A DNA stretch of 64,000 nucleotides, taken from an uncultured Candidatus Rokubacteria bacterium (GTDB lineage: Bacteria > Methylomirabilota > Methylomirabilia > Rokubacteriales > DASRDR01). The translations under genes were made by a program, and so were the position numbers. This document shows, piece by piece, positions 7,817 through 17,415 of the stretch; positions within the stretch are counted from its first letter, which is position 1; every line of letters starts with the position of its first letter. Below the pieces are notes generated by a model. That model did no database searches, was not told where the DNA came from, and saw only the letters and a list, made by a program, of their open reading frames with translations. Location: contig CAWGVS010000006.1 of assembly GCA_963826115.1 (NCBI GenBank), forward strand, positions 288,001 to 352,000. Reading direction: 5' to 3'.

Positions 7817-10123
7817 ATGCCGCCAAAGCCGCCGCGCCCGTCCCTCCGTCCGGGTCTCGCTCGCCTCCGCGCCCGCGTCGCGGAGCTCGAGCAGGAGGTC
7901 GCGCGCCGCCAGCGCGAGGCCGCGGCGCTGGCCGTGGAGAACGCGGACCTCGCGCGCCAGACGGCCGAGAAGCTGGACGAGATGGAACGCCTGCTCGGCC
8001 TGAGCCGGGCGCTGACGTCCACCATCGAGCTCGGGCCGCTCATGCGGACCCTGCTCCAGCAGGTGGCGCGGACCGCCGGCGCCGATTCCGCCGGGATGTG
8101 GCTCGCCAACGGCGCCACCGGCGAGCTCGAGCCGTTCGCGGGCTACCACGTTCCCCCGGCCATCCTCGAGCGTCTGCGCGAGCACCGGATCGACCCCGCC
8201 CGGAGCCCGCTCTACGCCGAGGCGATCGCCCGCCGCTCGGTGGTGACCTGGCGGAGCGAGTCCGGGGCGCCGCCGCCCGGCTTCGCCGGCCTGGTCCCGC
8301 ACCGCGCCCAGCTCTTCGCCCCCATCGTCGCCAACGAGCGGCTGATCGGCGCGATCATCGTCGTCTGGTGGGAGCGCCCGTCGACCTGCGGCGACCGGGA
8401 GGCCGGCCTGGTGGACGCGATGGCCAGTCAGGCGGGCATCGCGCTCGAGCACGCGCGTCTGTTCGAGGACGACCGGCGAAAGCTGGCGGAGCTGTCCGCG
8501 CTCCACGAGCTGTCGCGGGCGGTGACCGGTCAGCTGGACACGGCGCAGCTGGTCGAGGCCGTCCATCGCGAGGTGGCGCGGGTGCTGGACGTGCGCAATC
8601 TGGCGATCTTCCTCTACGACCAGGACCGGCGCGAGCTCGAGATCGCGCTGCGGGAGTGGGAGGGCACGCGAGAGGCCGACCTCCCGCGCCGGCGCCCGCT
8701 CGGCGTCGGCCTCGCCACGGCCGTCGTGACGCGGCGGGTCGCGATCCGCACGGCCGACTACGCGGCGACGTGCGCGCGGGAGGGGGTCGCGCCCGTGCCC
8801 GAGGCCCTGCTGATGCCCCACTGGCTCGGGGTGCCGATGATCGCGGGAGACGACGTGCAGGGGGCGCTGACCCTGTCCGCCGCCCGCCCGTTCACCGCGG
8901 CCGACGAGCGCCTGCTGAGCAACATCGCGAGCCTCGCGGCGCTCGCGCTCCGGAGCGCTCGACTCTTCGAGGAGCGCTCGGCCACCTACCGGGAGCTCGC
9001 GCTGGCCCAGGACCACCTGGTCCGCACCGAGAAGCTCCGGGCGCTCGGGGAGATGGCCGCGGGCGTCGCCCACGACTTCAACAACCTCCTCGCCGTCATC
9101 GTCGGGCGCGCCGAGCTCTTGCTCCGCCGCGCCAAGGGGACCGACCTCGCGCGCGGGCTCGAAACGATCCACCAGGCCGCCCTGGACGGCGCCCAGACCG
9201 TGCGGCGCATCCAGGAGTTCACGCGCACGCGCCGCACCCGGCCGTTCCGGCGCGTGGACCTGCTGGACGTCGTGCGCGAGGTCGTGGAGATGACGCGTCC
9301 GCGCTGGAAGGACGAGGCGCAGAGCCGGGGCGTCACGTACGAGGTGGAGATCGAGCATGCCGCGCTCCCGTGGGTCGCCGGGCGCCCCGAGGAGCTGCGC
9401 GAGGTCTTCACCAACCTCCTCACCAACGCGCTCGAGGCGATGCCGCGGGGCGGCCGTCTCGTCTGCGGGCTCGGCGCGGAGGCGGGCGCCGCGGTGGTGA
9501 CGGTGCGCGACACCGGCGTCGGCATGCGACCCGAGACCGCGCGCCGCGTGTTCGAGCCCTTCTTCACGACGAAGGGGCCGCAGGGGAGCGGGCTCGGCCT
9601 CGCCGTCGTCTGGGGCATCGTGACGCGGCACGGCGGCACCGTGGAGGTCGCGAGCCGACCCGGCGAGGGGACCACCTTCACGGTGCGCCTGCCCGGGGCG
9701 CGCGCGGTCGCCGAGCCGCCGGCCGGCGCCGCGCCCGCGCGGCCTGCGCGGCCGGCGCGCGTTCTCGTCGTCGACGACGAGCCCGGCGTGCGCGAGGTGC
9801 TCCGCGAGCTCCTGGGCAGCGAGGGCTACACGGTCGTGGACGCGCCGGACGGGCCCGCGGGCCTTGCGCTCTGCGAGACGGCGCCGGTGGACGTCGTCCT
9901 GAGCGACGTGTCGATGCCCGGCATGTCGGGCTGGGAATTGGCCGAGGCGTGCCACGCCCGTTTCCCGGACGTGCCCGTCGGGCTCATCACGGGCTGGGGC
10001 GATCGTCTCGATCCGGCCGAGCTCGCGCGGCACGGCGTCCGGTTCGTCGTCGCGAAGCCGTTCGAGGCCGCCGAGGTCCTCCATCGGGTCGGTGACGCCC
10101 TCGCGGCTGCCGAGACGGACTGA
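7817..10123 (+). CDS. Cytoplasmic hybrid sensor histidine kinase (2 GAF + HisKA + HATPase + REC)
   Basis: SD AGGAG before ATG 7817; two GAFs ending 'ALEHARLF'/'LRSARLF'; H-box 'GVAHDFNN'; 'FEPFFTTKG..GSGLGL'; receiver 'VLVVDDE...SDVSMPGMSG...KPF'. Confidence 0.93.
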   Translation: MPPKPPRPSLRPGLARLRARVAELEQEVARRQREAAALAVENADLARQTAEKLDEMERLLGLSRALTSTIELGPLMRTLLQQVARTAGADSAGMWLANGATGELEPFAGYHVPPAILERLREHRIDPARSPLYAEAIARRSVVTWRSESGAPPPGFAGLVPHRAQLFAPIVANERLIGAIIVVWWERPSTCGDREAGLVDAMASQAGIALEHARLFEDDRRKLAELSALHELSRAVTGQLDTAQLVEAVHREVARVLDVRNLAIFLYDQDRRELEIALREWEGTREADLPRRRPLGVGLATAVVTRRVAIRTADYAATCAREGVAPVPEALLMPHWLGVPMIAGDDVQGALTLSAARPFTAADERLLSNIASLAALALRSARLFEERSATYRELALAQDHLVRTEKLRALGEMAAGVAHDFNNLLAVIVGRAELLLRRAKGTDLARGLETIHQAALDGAQTVRRIQEFTRTRRTRPFRRVDLLDVVREVVEMTRPRWKDEAQSRGVTYEVEIEHAALPWVAGRPEELREVFTNLLTNALEAMPRGGRLVCGLGAEAGAAVVTVRDTGVGMRPETARRVFEPFFTTKGPQGSGLGLAVVWGIVTRHGGTVEVASRPGEGTTFTVRLPGARAVAEPPAGAAPARPARPARVLVVDDEPGVREVLRELLGSEGYTVVDAPDGPAGLALCETAPVDVVLSDVSMPGMSGWELAEACHARFPDVPVGLITGWGDRLDPAELARHGVRFVVAKPFEAAEVLHRVGDALAAAETD

Positions 10124-10159
10124 CGCCGCCGTCTGAGTGGCGGCGCGGGCCTGCGCCCG

Positions 10160-10188
10160 TTGCGGGGCCTGACGGCCGCCGGTATGAT
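10160..10188 (+). promoter_or_regulatory. sigma70-like promoter TTGCGG-17-TATGAT placing +1 at about the ATG at 10195 (leaderless)
   Basis: -35 at 10160-10165, -10 at 10183-10188, 6 nt to ATG. Confidence 0.65.
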
Positions 10189-10194
10189 GACGTG

Positions 10195-10278
10195 ATGGCA
10201 GGGTTCTACTGTCCGAAGTGCTTCAAGACGGCTCCGGTGCAGAAGATGTGCTGCGGCCGGCCGATGAAGCGCGGCTAG
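10195..10278 (+). CDS. 27-aa Cys-rich microprotein, desulforedoxin/Zn-ribbon-like (MAGFYCPKCFKTAPVQKMCCGRPMKRG)
   Basis: YCxxC-x9-CCGxPM pattern like desulforedoxin; coding-like GC3 (TTC, TAC, AAG, TGC); own promoter; below ORF-track cutoff. Confidence 0.7.
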   Translation: MAGFYCPKCFKTAPVQKMCCGRPMKRG

Positions 10279-10329
10279 CGCCGGCCGGCATGATCGTCTC
10301 GCGCCCCATTCCTTGAGCCTCCCGCCTGC

Positions 10330-11334
10330 ATGACCGCTGCCCCGCCCGACGCGCCGCTCGTCGTCATCTGCGGCCTCGACCACGCCAACATCTCGGAGGA
10401 GCAGGACGTCTTCGCGAAGGCGGGCGTCCGGCACCAGACCGTGGTGGCGCGCACCGAGGCCGAGTACCTCGAGCGGTGCCACGAGGCCGACGGCCTCCTG
10501 ATCCAGTACGGAGACGTCACGCGGCGCATGTTCGAGGGGCTGCCGCGGATCCGCGTGGTCGTCCGCTACGGCGTCGGCGTGGACGGCATCGACCTCGCGG
10601 CGGCGACCGAGCACGGCGTCCCGGTCGTCAACATCCCGGACTACGGGACCGACGAGGTGGCGAACCACGCCGTCGCCCTCCTCCTGGCCCTGGCCCGCAA
10701 GCTCCCCCGGCTCGACCGGCAGACGCGCGCCGGCGCGTGGGACGTGTTCCGGGTCGGCCCCATGACGCGGCTGGCCGGGCAGACCGTGGGCATCATGGGC
10801 TGCGGGCGGATCGGCTCCGCCGTCGCCCGGAAGCTTGGCGGGTTCGACGTGCGGCTTCTCGGCTGCGACCCCTACGTCCAGACCTTTCCGCCCGGCGTCC
10901 AGCCGGTCGCCTTCGAGCGGCTCCTCGCCGAGTCCGACTACGTCACGATTCACTGCCCGCTGACCGAGGAGACCCATCACGCGTTCGACGCCGAATCCCT
11001 CGGCTGGATGCGCCACTCGGCCATGCTCATCAACACGGCGCGCGGCGGGATCGTCGACACCGCCGCCCTCGTCGAGGCGCTCCAGCAGGGATTCCTCGCG
11101 GGGGCGGGGCTCGACGTCCTCGAGCAGGAGCCGATCGATCCGGCCAGCCCGCTCCTCCGGATGGAGCAGGTGATCGTGACCCCGCACGCCGCCTGGTACT
11201 CGGAGGAGGGGCGCTCGGACCTCAAGCGCCGCGCCGCCGAGGAGGCCGTCCGGGTGCTGCGGGGCGAGCGGCCACGGAACTGCGTCAACCCCGAGGTGCT
11301 CGGGCGCATGCGCCGGGCGCCGACGGCCGGTTGA
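10330..11334 (+). CDS. D-2-hydroxyacid dehydrogenase (CtBP-like/SerA-like)
   Basis: 'RYGVGVDGID', 'NIPDYGTDEVA', 'GCGRIG', 'INTARGG', 'TPHAAWYSE'. Confidence 0.9.
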   Translation: MTAAPPDAPLVVICGLDHANISEEQDVFAKAGVRHQTVVARTEAEYLERCHEADGLLIQYGDVTRRMFEGLPRIRVVVRYGVGVDGIDLAAATEHGVPVVNIPDYGTDEVANHAVALLLALARKLPRLDRQTRAGAWDVFRVGPMTRLAGQTVGIMGCGRIGSAVARKLGGFDVRLLGCDPYVQTFPPGVQPVAFERLLAESDYVTIHCPLTEETHHAFDAESLGWMRHSAMLINTARGGIVDTAALVEALQQGFLAGAGLDVLEQEPIDPASPLLRMEQVIVTPHAAWYSEEGRSDLKRRAAEEAVRVLRGERPRNCVNPEVLGRMRRAPTAG

Positions 11335-12308
11335 CCGTGTCCGGGCCCGCCTTCGACGTCGTCGCGCCGGGCGAGGTGATGCTGCGCCTCGCCTCGCGGC
11401 CGCCCACCCGGCTCGAGCAGGCGCGCGAGCTCGACGTCTCCTACGGGGGGACCGAGGCGAACGTGCTGTGCGCGCTGGCGCGCCTCGGGCACCGCACGGC
11501 GTGGATCTCCGCGCTGCCGACGAACGTCTGGGGCGAGCGGCTGGCCCGGGAGCTCCGCGGCCACGGTGTCGACGTCCAGCACGTGGCGTGGCGCGAGGGC
11601 GGCCGGATCGGCACGTACTTCATCGAGTACGCCGTGGCGCCGCGCCCCATCCGTGTCGTGTACGACCGGAAGGACTCCGCGTTCGCGTCGCTCGAGGCGA
11701 CGGAGGTCGACTGGGACGCGGTCTCGCGCACCCGAGTCGTCCACGTCACGGGGATCACCGCGGCGCTCGGCGACAGGCCGCGGCGCGTCTTCGAGCGGGC
11801 GGTCGAGGCGGCGCGCGCGGGAGGGGCCCTCCTGTCGCTCGACGTCAACCACCGCACGGCGCTCTGGACGCACGAGGCGGCGCGGGCGTACCTCGAGCCG
11901 CTGCTGTCGCGCGTCGGTCTCCTGTTCGTGGGGCTGGAGGACGCGCGCCGCGTCTTCGGGCTCGCGGGCGACCCCGAGGCGGTGGCGGCGGGGCTCCGCC
12001 GGCTCGCGCCCGACGCCATCGTCGCCCTGACGCTCGGGGACCAGGGCTCGATCGTCCTGACCGACCGGCCGCACCGCCCGACGCGCCTCTACAGCCTGGA
12101 CCTCGTCGCCGACCGGGTCGGGGCGGGGGACGCGTTCGCCGCGGGCTTCCTGCACGGCTGGCTGACGTCCCGCGACGTCCAGCGGGCGCAGGATCTCGGC
12201 ACCGCGCTGGCGGCCCTAAAATGCACCATGTGGGGTGACATCGCGGTAATCCGGCCCGGCGAGCTCGAGGAGCTCCTGGCCCAGCCGGACCCGCGCATCC
12301 GACGTTGA
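11331..12308 (+). CDS. kdgK: PfkB-family sugar kinase (2-keto-3-deoxygluconate kinase-like)
   Basis: 'GEVMLRL', 'GGTEANV...LARLG', 'VVYDRKDSAF', 'DVNHRTALW', 'DRVGAGDAFAAG'; start TTG 11331 or GTG 11337. Confidence 0.8.
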   Translation: MTVSGPAFDVVAPGEVMLRLASRPPTRLEQARELDVSYGGTEANVLCALARLGHRTAWISALPTNVWGERLARELRGHGVDVQHVAWREGGRIGTYFIEYAVAPRPIRVVYDRKDSAFASLEATEVDWDAVSRTRVVHVTGITAALGDRPRRVFERAVEAARAGGALLSLDVNHRTALWTHEAARAYLEPLLSRVGLLFVGLEDARRVFGLAGDPEAVAAGLRRLAPDAIVALTLGDQGSIVLTDRPHRPTRLYSLDLVADRVGAGDAFAAGFLHGWLTSRDVQRAQDLGTALAALKCTMWGDIAVIRPGELEELLAQPDPRIRR

Positions 12309-12345
12309 GACCCGCCACGCGGCGGGCCCCGGAGGGAGGATCTCG

Positions 12346-13266
12346 ATGACGACGCCGAACCGCTACCTATATCTAGACGGGAAGCTCGTGCCCTACGCCG
12401 ATGCCCGGATCCACGTGCAGTCGACGGCAGTGAAGTACGGTGGGTCGGTCTTCGAGGGTCTCCGGGCCTACTGGAACCCGGCGCACGAGGAGCTGTACGT
12501 GTTCCGGCTGAAGGAGCACGTCGATCGTCTGCTCGGCTCGATGCGGCTCATGCGCATGAAGCACTCGCTGACGCGCGAGGAGATCGAGCGGTCGATCCTC
12601 GACGTCCTCCGCAAGAACGAGGCGCGGGAGGACGTGCACATCCGGCAGACCGCCTACCTCGCCGGCGACGGCGACATGGACGACACGGGCCCGGTGGGGC
12701 TCTCGGTCGACGCACGGCCCCGGAAGGCGACGCAGAAGCCGGGCATCACGGTCGGTGTCTCGTCGTGGACGCGGATCGCCGACGGCTCGATGCCGCCGCG
12801 CATCAAGTGCTCCGCGAACTACCAGAATGGGCGGCTGGCCGTGCTCGAGGCGAAGGCCAACGGCTACGACGGCGCGCTCCTCCTGAACACGCGCGGAAAG
12901 CTCGCCGAGGCGCCCGGGGCCTGCTGCTTTCTCCTGCGGGGCGGCGTGCCGATCACCCCGCCCGTCACGGCCGACATCCTGGAGTCGGTGACGCGAACGA
13001 CGCTCCTCGAGCTCCTGCGCACGGAGCTCGGCCAGACCCCGGTCGAGCGGGACGTCGACCGGACGGAGCTCTACCTCGCCGACGAGGTCTTCCTCTGCGG
13101 CAGCGGCTGGGAGATCACCCCGGTGGTGTCGATCGACCGGATGCCGCTCGGGGACGGGACCCAGCCGGGCCCGGTGACGCGGGCGATCCAGGCCTGCTAC
13201 TTCGCGGTGGTCCGGGGCGAGAAGCCCGCGTACCGGCACTGGCTGACACCGGTCTACGGCCGGTGA
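12346..13266 (+). CDS. ilvE: Branched-chain amino acid aminotransferase (PLP class IV)
   Basis: SD GGAGG; 'YGGSVFEGLRAY', PLP Lys in 'RIKCSANY', 'ILESVTR', 'LYLADEVFLCG'. Confidence 0.85.
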   Translation: MTTPNRYLYLDGKLVPYADARIHVQSTAVKYGGSVFEGLRAYWNPAHEELYVFRLKEHVDRLLGSMRLMRMKHSLTREEIERSILDVLRKNEAREDVHIRQTAYLAGDGDMDDTGPVGLSVDARPRKATQKPGITVGVSSWTRIADGSMPPRIKCSANYQNGRLAVLEAKANGYDGALLLNTRGKLAEAPGACCFLLRGGVPITPPVTADILESVTRTTLLELLRTELGQTPVERDVDRTELYLADEVFLCGSGWEITPVVSIDRMPLGDGTQPGPVTRAIQACYFAVVRGEKPAYRHWLTPVYGR

Positions 13267-13404
13267 CGCGTGCCGGGACGCGGCCCGTGGTGACCTCGGC
13301 CTGACGGCTCGCGGCCGGCCGCGCCCGTCGTGACGCCGCCGCCCGACGGGATGCGCCTGCTCCCAACGGGTGGCTAACCGCACCGGGCCCGGCGGGGGCT
13401 CGCC

Positions 13405-13433
13405 TTGTCGGGCGCGAGGCCGAGGGCTAAGAT
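13405..13433 (+). promoter_or_regulatory. sigma70-like promoter TTGTCG-17-TAAGAT, 5 nt before GTG 13439 (leaderless)
   Basis: -35 at 13405-13410, -10 at 13428-13433. Confidence 0.6.
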
Positions 13434-13438
13434 CGGGC

Positions 13439-16400
13439 GTGTCCTCCCCTCGCTCGCCGGAGCCGATCGCTGCCGCCCCTGAAGGGCAGGATCTCGCCGC
13501 GCAGCGCATCCTCGACGGCCTCAATCCCGCTCAGGTCGAGGCGGTCACCCACGATCAGGGGCCGCTCCTCATCGTGGCGGGGGCCGGCACGGGCAAGACG
13601 ACCGTCCTCACGCGCCGCATCGCCCATCTGATCGCCACGCGCCGGGCGCGCCCGGAGGAGATCCTCGCCCTCACGTTCACCGACAAGGCGGCGCTCGAGA
13701 TGGAGGAGCGCGTCGACGTCCTCGTCCCCTACGGGTATGCGGACGTGCGCATCGCGACGTTCCACGCCTTCGGGGACTGGCTCCTCCGCGAGCACGCGCT
13801 CGAGCTCGGCATGACCCCGGCGTTCCGGGTGCTCAATCGCGCCGAGCAGGTTCTGTTCCTCCGCACGCACCTGTTCGAGCTGCCCCTCGACCACTTCCGG
13901 CCGCTCGGCAATCCGACCCGCCATCTCCAGGCCCTCGCGGGGCTGTTCGGGCGGGCCAAGGACGAGGACGTCACGCCCGAGGCCTACCTGGCCCACGCGG
14001 AAGCGCTGGCGGCGGAATCCCGGGCCCAACCGGACGACGCCGAGCGCCGGGACCTCGCGGCCCGCACGCTCGAGCTGGCGCGGACCTACGCGGCGTACCG
14101 GGATCTCATGACCCGTGAGGGCTTCGTCGACTTCGGCGATCAGATCTTCCTGGCGCTCCGGCTGTTCCGGGAGCGGCCGTACGTCCTGGCGCACTACCAG
14201 CGGCGGTTCCGCTACGTCCTGGTCGACGAGTTCCAGGACACGAACCACGCCCAGTTCGAGATGGTGAAGCTCCTGGCGGCCCGGCACCGGAACATCACCG
14301 TCGTCGGCGACGACGACCAGGCGATCTTCCGGTTCCGCGGCGCGTCCATGAGCAACATCCTGGGCTTCGAGGCGGCCTACCGGGATGCCCGGAGCGTCGT
14401 GCTAACCCGGAACTACCGCTCGGGCCAGTGTCTTCTGAACGCCGCCTACCGGCTCATCCAGCACAACTCCGACCGGCTCGAGAACAAGCGGCGCCCCTCC
14501 GAGGCGGAGCAATTCAACAAGCGACTGGTGGCGGAGGGCGGCCCTGGCGTGGAACCAGACTTCCACTCCTACGAGACCGTCACCCAAGAGGCGGACGCGG
14601 TCGCCCGGACGATCGAGGAGGCCGTGCAGAGCGGGCGGCGGGCCTACCGGGACTTCGCCGTCCTGGTCCGCGCCAACGCCGACGCCGACCCGTTCCTCCG
14701 CTCGCTGAACCTGCGCGGGATCCCGTGGACGTTCTCGGGGAACCAGGGGCTCTACGGGCGCCGGGAGGTGCGGTTCTGCATCGCGTTCCTCCGGGTTCTC
14801 GCGCGGCCGGACGACTCGGTGAGCCTCTACGAGCTGGCCTCGCAGCTGTTCTCGGTGCCGGCGATGGACCTCGCGCGCTGCGGCGCCCACGCCGACCGAC
14901 GCAGCCGATGGTTGTTCGACGTTCTCCGCGGGCTCGACGAGACGCCGGACCTCCGCGCGGCGCTGTCGGTGGAGGGCGCGGCGGCGATCGCGCGCATGGT
15001 GAAGGAGCTGGAGCGATACTTCGGGCTGGCCGCCGAGCTCGGGACGGGGGAGCTCCTCTACCAGTTCCTCGCCGACAGCGGCTGGCTCGGGCGGATGTCC
15101 CGGGCGAGCACGGCCCGCGAGGAGGCCGAGGTCCAGAACGTTGCCCGGTTCTTTCGCCGGATCCAGGACGCGACGCCGATCCTGCCCCGGGACCACGTCC
15201 GCGAGTTCGTGGGGCACCTCGACGCGCTGATCGACGCCGGCGAGGACCCGGCGGTGGCGGAGGCGGACATCGACACGCCGGCGGTGCGGGTCCTGACGGT
15301 CCACAAGGCCAAGGGGCTCGAGTTCCCGATTGTGTTCGTCGTCGGCCTCGTCCAGGGTCGCTTCCCCTGGCCGAGCCGCGGCGACGTTCTCGAGCTGCCG
15401 GACGCGCTCCTCCGGGACCGCCCGTCGTCGGATGACTTCCGGCTCCAGGAGGAGCGGCGGCTCTTCTACGTCGCGATGACGCGCGCGAAGGAGATGCTCC
15501 ACCTCACATCGGCGCGTGACTACGGCGGCCGCCGCGTACGGAAGGTGAGCCAATTCGTGCGGGAGGCGCTCGATCTCCCCGTGGACGCGGTGGTCCCCCT
15601 GAAGATGACACCGCTCGAGAGCCTGAAAGGGTTCGCGCCGCCTGTCGAGGTTGGCGGTGAGGTCGAGACGCCCCTCGGACCCGACGTGGTGCTCGACCTG
15701 AGCCACCGTCAGGTCGACGACTACGAGACCTGCCCGCTGAAGTACCGCTACGTGCACGTCCTGCGCGTGCCGATCCGTCGTCACCACAGCGTGGTCTACG
15801 GCGAGACGCTCCACCGCGTGGTGGAGCACTACTTGCGCCGGCGGGTCGCCCGCCTCTACACGCCGCTCGAGGACCTGCTCGCGACCTACGACCGCGAGTG
15901 GCGGAACGAGGGCTTCCTCACGTGGGCCCACGAGGCGGCGCGCCGCGACGCCGGGCGCGAGGCGATCCGGCGCTTCTGGCACGAAGAGGAAGCCGCGGGC
16001 ACGCGGCCCGCATCCGTCGAGCGCGAGTTCGGCGTGAGCCTGTCCTTTCCGTCGGGGCCCGTGCGGGTCCGCGGGCGATGGGACCGTGTCGACGGCTCGG
16101 ACGCCGAGGCCGTTATCGTCGACTACAAGTCGTCCGATGTCCGAGACCCCGAGCGCGCGGCGGAGCGGGCATCGGAGAGCCTCCAGCTCCAGATCTACGC
16201 GCTGGCGTGGCGGGAGATGCATCGTCGCCACCGCCCGGATGGCTCCCCGGACGAAGAGGACCGGCCTCCGCTCCCCGCGCGGGTCGAGCTGCGGTTCCTC
16301 GAGTCCGGTGTCGTGGGCGGACATGTCCCGACGGACGAGGACGCCGAGACCGCCCTGGCGGCGGTGCGCGCGGCCGCCGAGGGGATCCGCGCCCGGCGCT

Positions 16401-16483
16401 TCGCGGCGACGCCGTCGTACCGGGCCTGCCGGTACTGCGCCTACAACCAGATCTGTCCGGACACGGCCAGCCGGGACGTCTGA
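13439..16483 (+). CDS. UvrD/PcrA-type ATP-dependent helicase fused to a C-terminal PD-(D/E)XK nuclease with 4-Cys Fe-S staple (AddB/AdnAB/Cas4-like domain)
   Basis: 'AGAGTGKT', 'LVDEFQD', 'VGDDDQAIFRFRGA', 'NYRS', 'TVHKAKGLEF', 'EERRLFYVAMTRAK'; nuclease 'YETCPLKY...RGRWDRVD...IVDYKS...QLQIYA...CRYCAYNQIC'. Confidence 0.92.
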   Translation: MSSPRSPEPIAAAPEGQDLAAQRILDGLNPAQVEAVTHDQGPLLIVAGAGTGKTTVLTRRIAHLIATRRARPEEILALTFTDKAALEMEERVDVLVPYGYADVRIATFHAFGDWLLREHALELGMTPAFRVLNRAEQVLFLRTHLFELPLDHFRPLGNPTRHLQALAGLFGRAKDEDVTPEAYLAHAEALAAESRAQPDDAERRDLAARTLELARTYAAYRDLMTREGFVDFGDQIFLALRLFRERPYVLAHYQRRFRYVLVDEFQDTNHAQFEMVKLLAARHRNITVVGDDDQAIFRFRGASMSNILGFEAAYRDARSVVLTRNYRSGQCLLNAAYRLIQHNSDRLENKRRPSEAEQFNKRLVAEGGPGVEPDFHSYETVTQEADAVARTIEEAVQSGRRAYRDFAVLVRANADADPFLRSLNLRGIPWTFSGNQGLYGRREVRFCIAFLRVLARPDDSVSLYELASQLFSVPAMDLARCGAHADRRSRWLFDVLRGLDETPDLRAALSVEGAAAIARMVKELERYFGLAAELGTGELLYQFLADSGWLGRMSRASTAREEAEVQNVARFFRRIQDATPILPRDHVREFVGHLDALIDAGEDPAVAEADIDTPAVRVLTVHKAKGLEFPIVFVVGLVQGRFPWPSRGDVLELPDALLRDRPSSDDFRLQEERRLFYVAMTRAKEMLHLTSARDYGGRRVRKVSQFVREALDLPVDAVVPLKMTPLESLKGFAPPVEVGGEVETPLGPDVVLDLSHRQVDDYETCPLKYRYVHVLRVPIRRHHSVVYGETLHRVVEHYLRRRVARLYTPLEDLLATYDREWRNEGFLTWAHEAARRDAGREAIRRFWHEEEAAGTRPASVEREFGVSLSFPSGPVRVRGRWDRVDGSDAEAVIVDYKSSDVRDPERAAERASESLQLQIYALAWREMHRRHRPDGSPDEEDRPPLPARVELRFLESGVVGGHVPTDEDAETALAAVRAAAEGIRARRFAATPSYRACRYCAYNQICPDTASRDV

Positions 16484-16503
16484 GCCACGCGGGGGGGCGG
16501 GGG

Positions 16504-17415
16504 ATGAAGCGGGCGGGCAAGTCGAGACCCACCGGGCGGCGGTCGGCGCGCGCCCGATCGGGCCGGCGCGCGCGGGTCAAGCCGCTCCGCCTGCGCACCT
16601 ACCTGACGCCGAGCGTCCCCCGGCCCCTGTTCGCCTATCTCGCGGATTATCTCGGCGAGCGGCTGGGGATGCCGACCGAGCTCCAGATCGAGACGCACCA
16701 CTCCGGGCCGCCGCGCGGCCAGCTCGACCCTTTCACCGAGGGCACGCTCGACATCGGCTTCTTCTGCGCCCCTCCGTACATCTGGCTGCTGGAGCGTCCC
16801 ACGCCGCCGGTGGAGCTGCTTCCGTTCGGGCTCGTGTTCGAGGATCCCCGCGGGGCCGGGCGGCCCGTGTACTTCTCGGATATCGTCGTGCGAAAGGACC
16901 ATCCCGCGCGCTCGTTTGCGGACCTCGTGAACGCGCGCTGGGGCTACAACGACCGCGAGTCCCTGAGCGGCTACTACTCGGTGGTCCAGACGGCGGCCGA
17001 GCACGGCGCCGACGCCACGTTCCTCGGGCGCCTCCGCGACATGGGGAGCCACCTGGCCTCGCTCCGCGCCCTTCGCCGGGGCGCCATCGACGCGGCGGCG
17101 ATCGACTCCACGGTGCTCGCCCTCCGCAGGCGACGCGATCCCGGGCTGCGCGCCGACCTCCGTGTGGTCCACGGCCTGGGGCCCTGGCCCATACAGCCCA
17201 TCGTGATGCGCCGGAGCCTGCCGGCCCGACTCAAGACCCGGCTGACCGCCGCGATCGGCGCGCTCGGGGAGACGGCCGAGCGGCGGCGCGCGCTCCGCCG
17301 CTGGCTCGTCTCCGGGGTGGCGCCGATGACCGACGCCGACTTCGACGTCGAGCGCGCGGCGCTCGCGCGCGCCCAGGCCCTCGAACGCGCGCTCGGAGCG
17401 CCGTCGCCCCGCTAG
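16504..17415 (+). CDS. PhnD/transferrin-like periplasmic-binding-fold protein
   Basis: 'LRTYLTPS', 'DIGFFCAPPY', 'PVYFSDIVV', 'YNDRESLSGY', 'GSHLASL...DAAAIDS'. Confidence 0.75.
   Translation: MKRAGKSRPTGRRSARARSGRRARVKPLRLRTYLTPSVPRPLFAYLADYLGERLGMPTELQIETHHSGPPRGQLDPFTEGTLDIGFFCAPPYIWLLERPTPPVELLPFGLVFEDPRGAGRPVYFSDIVVRKDHPARSFADLVNARWGYNDRESLSGYYSVVQTAAEHGADATFLGRLRDMGSHLASLRALRRGAIDAAAIDSTVLALRRRRDPGLRADLRVVHGLGPWPIQPIVMRRSLPARLKTRLTAAIGALGETAERRRALRRWLVSGVAPMTDADFDVERAALARAQALERALGAPSPR

Noticed and set aside
5819-10084. 1421-aa minus-strand ORF and many other long antisense or alternate-frame ORFs (for example 43218-45638, 60097-62259, 34439-36601)
   Set aside because: Shadow ORFs from high GC and stop-codon scarcity. 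They are Arg/Pro/Gly-rich, lack motifs and overlap well-supported genes.
15700-16483. Cas4-like nuclease suggesting a CRISPR locus
   Set aside because: It is the C-terminal domain of a UvrD fusion, and I saw no repeat-spacer array or other cas genes in the window.
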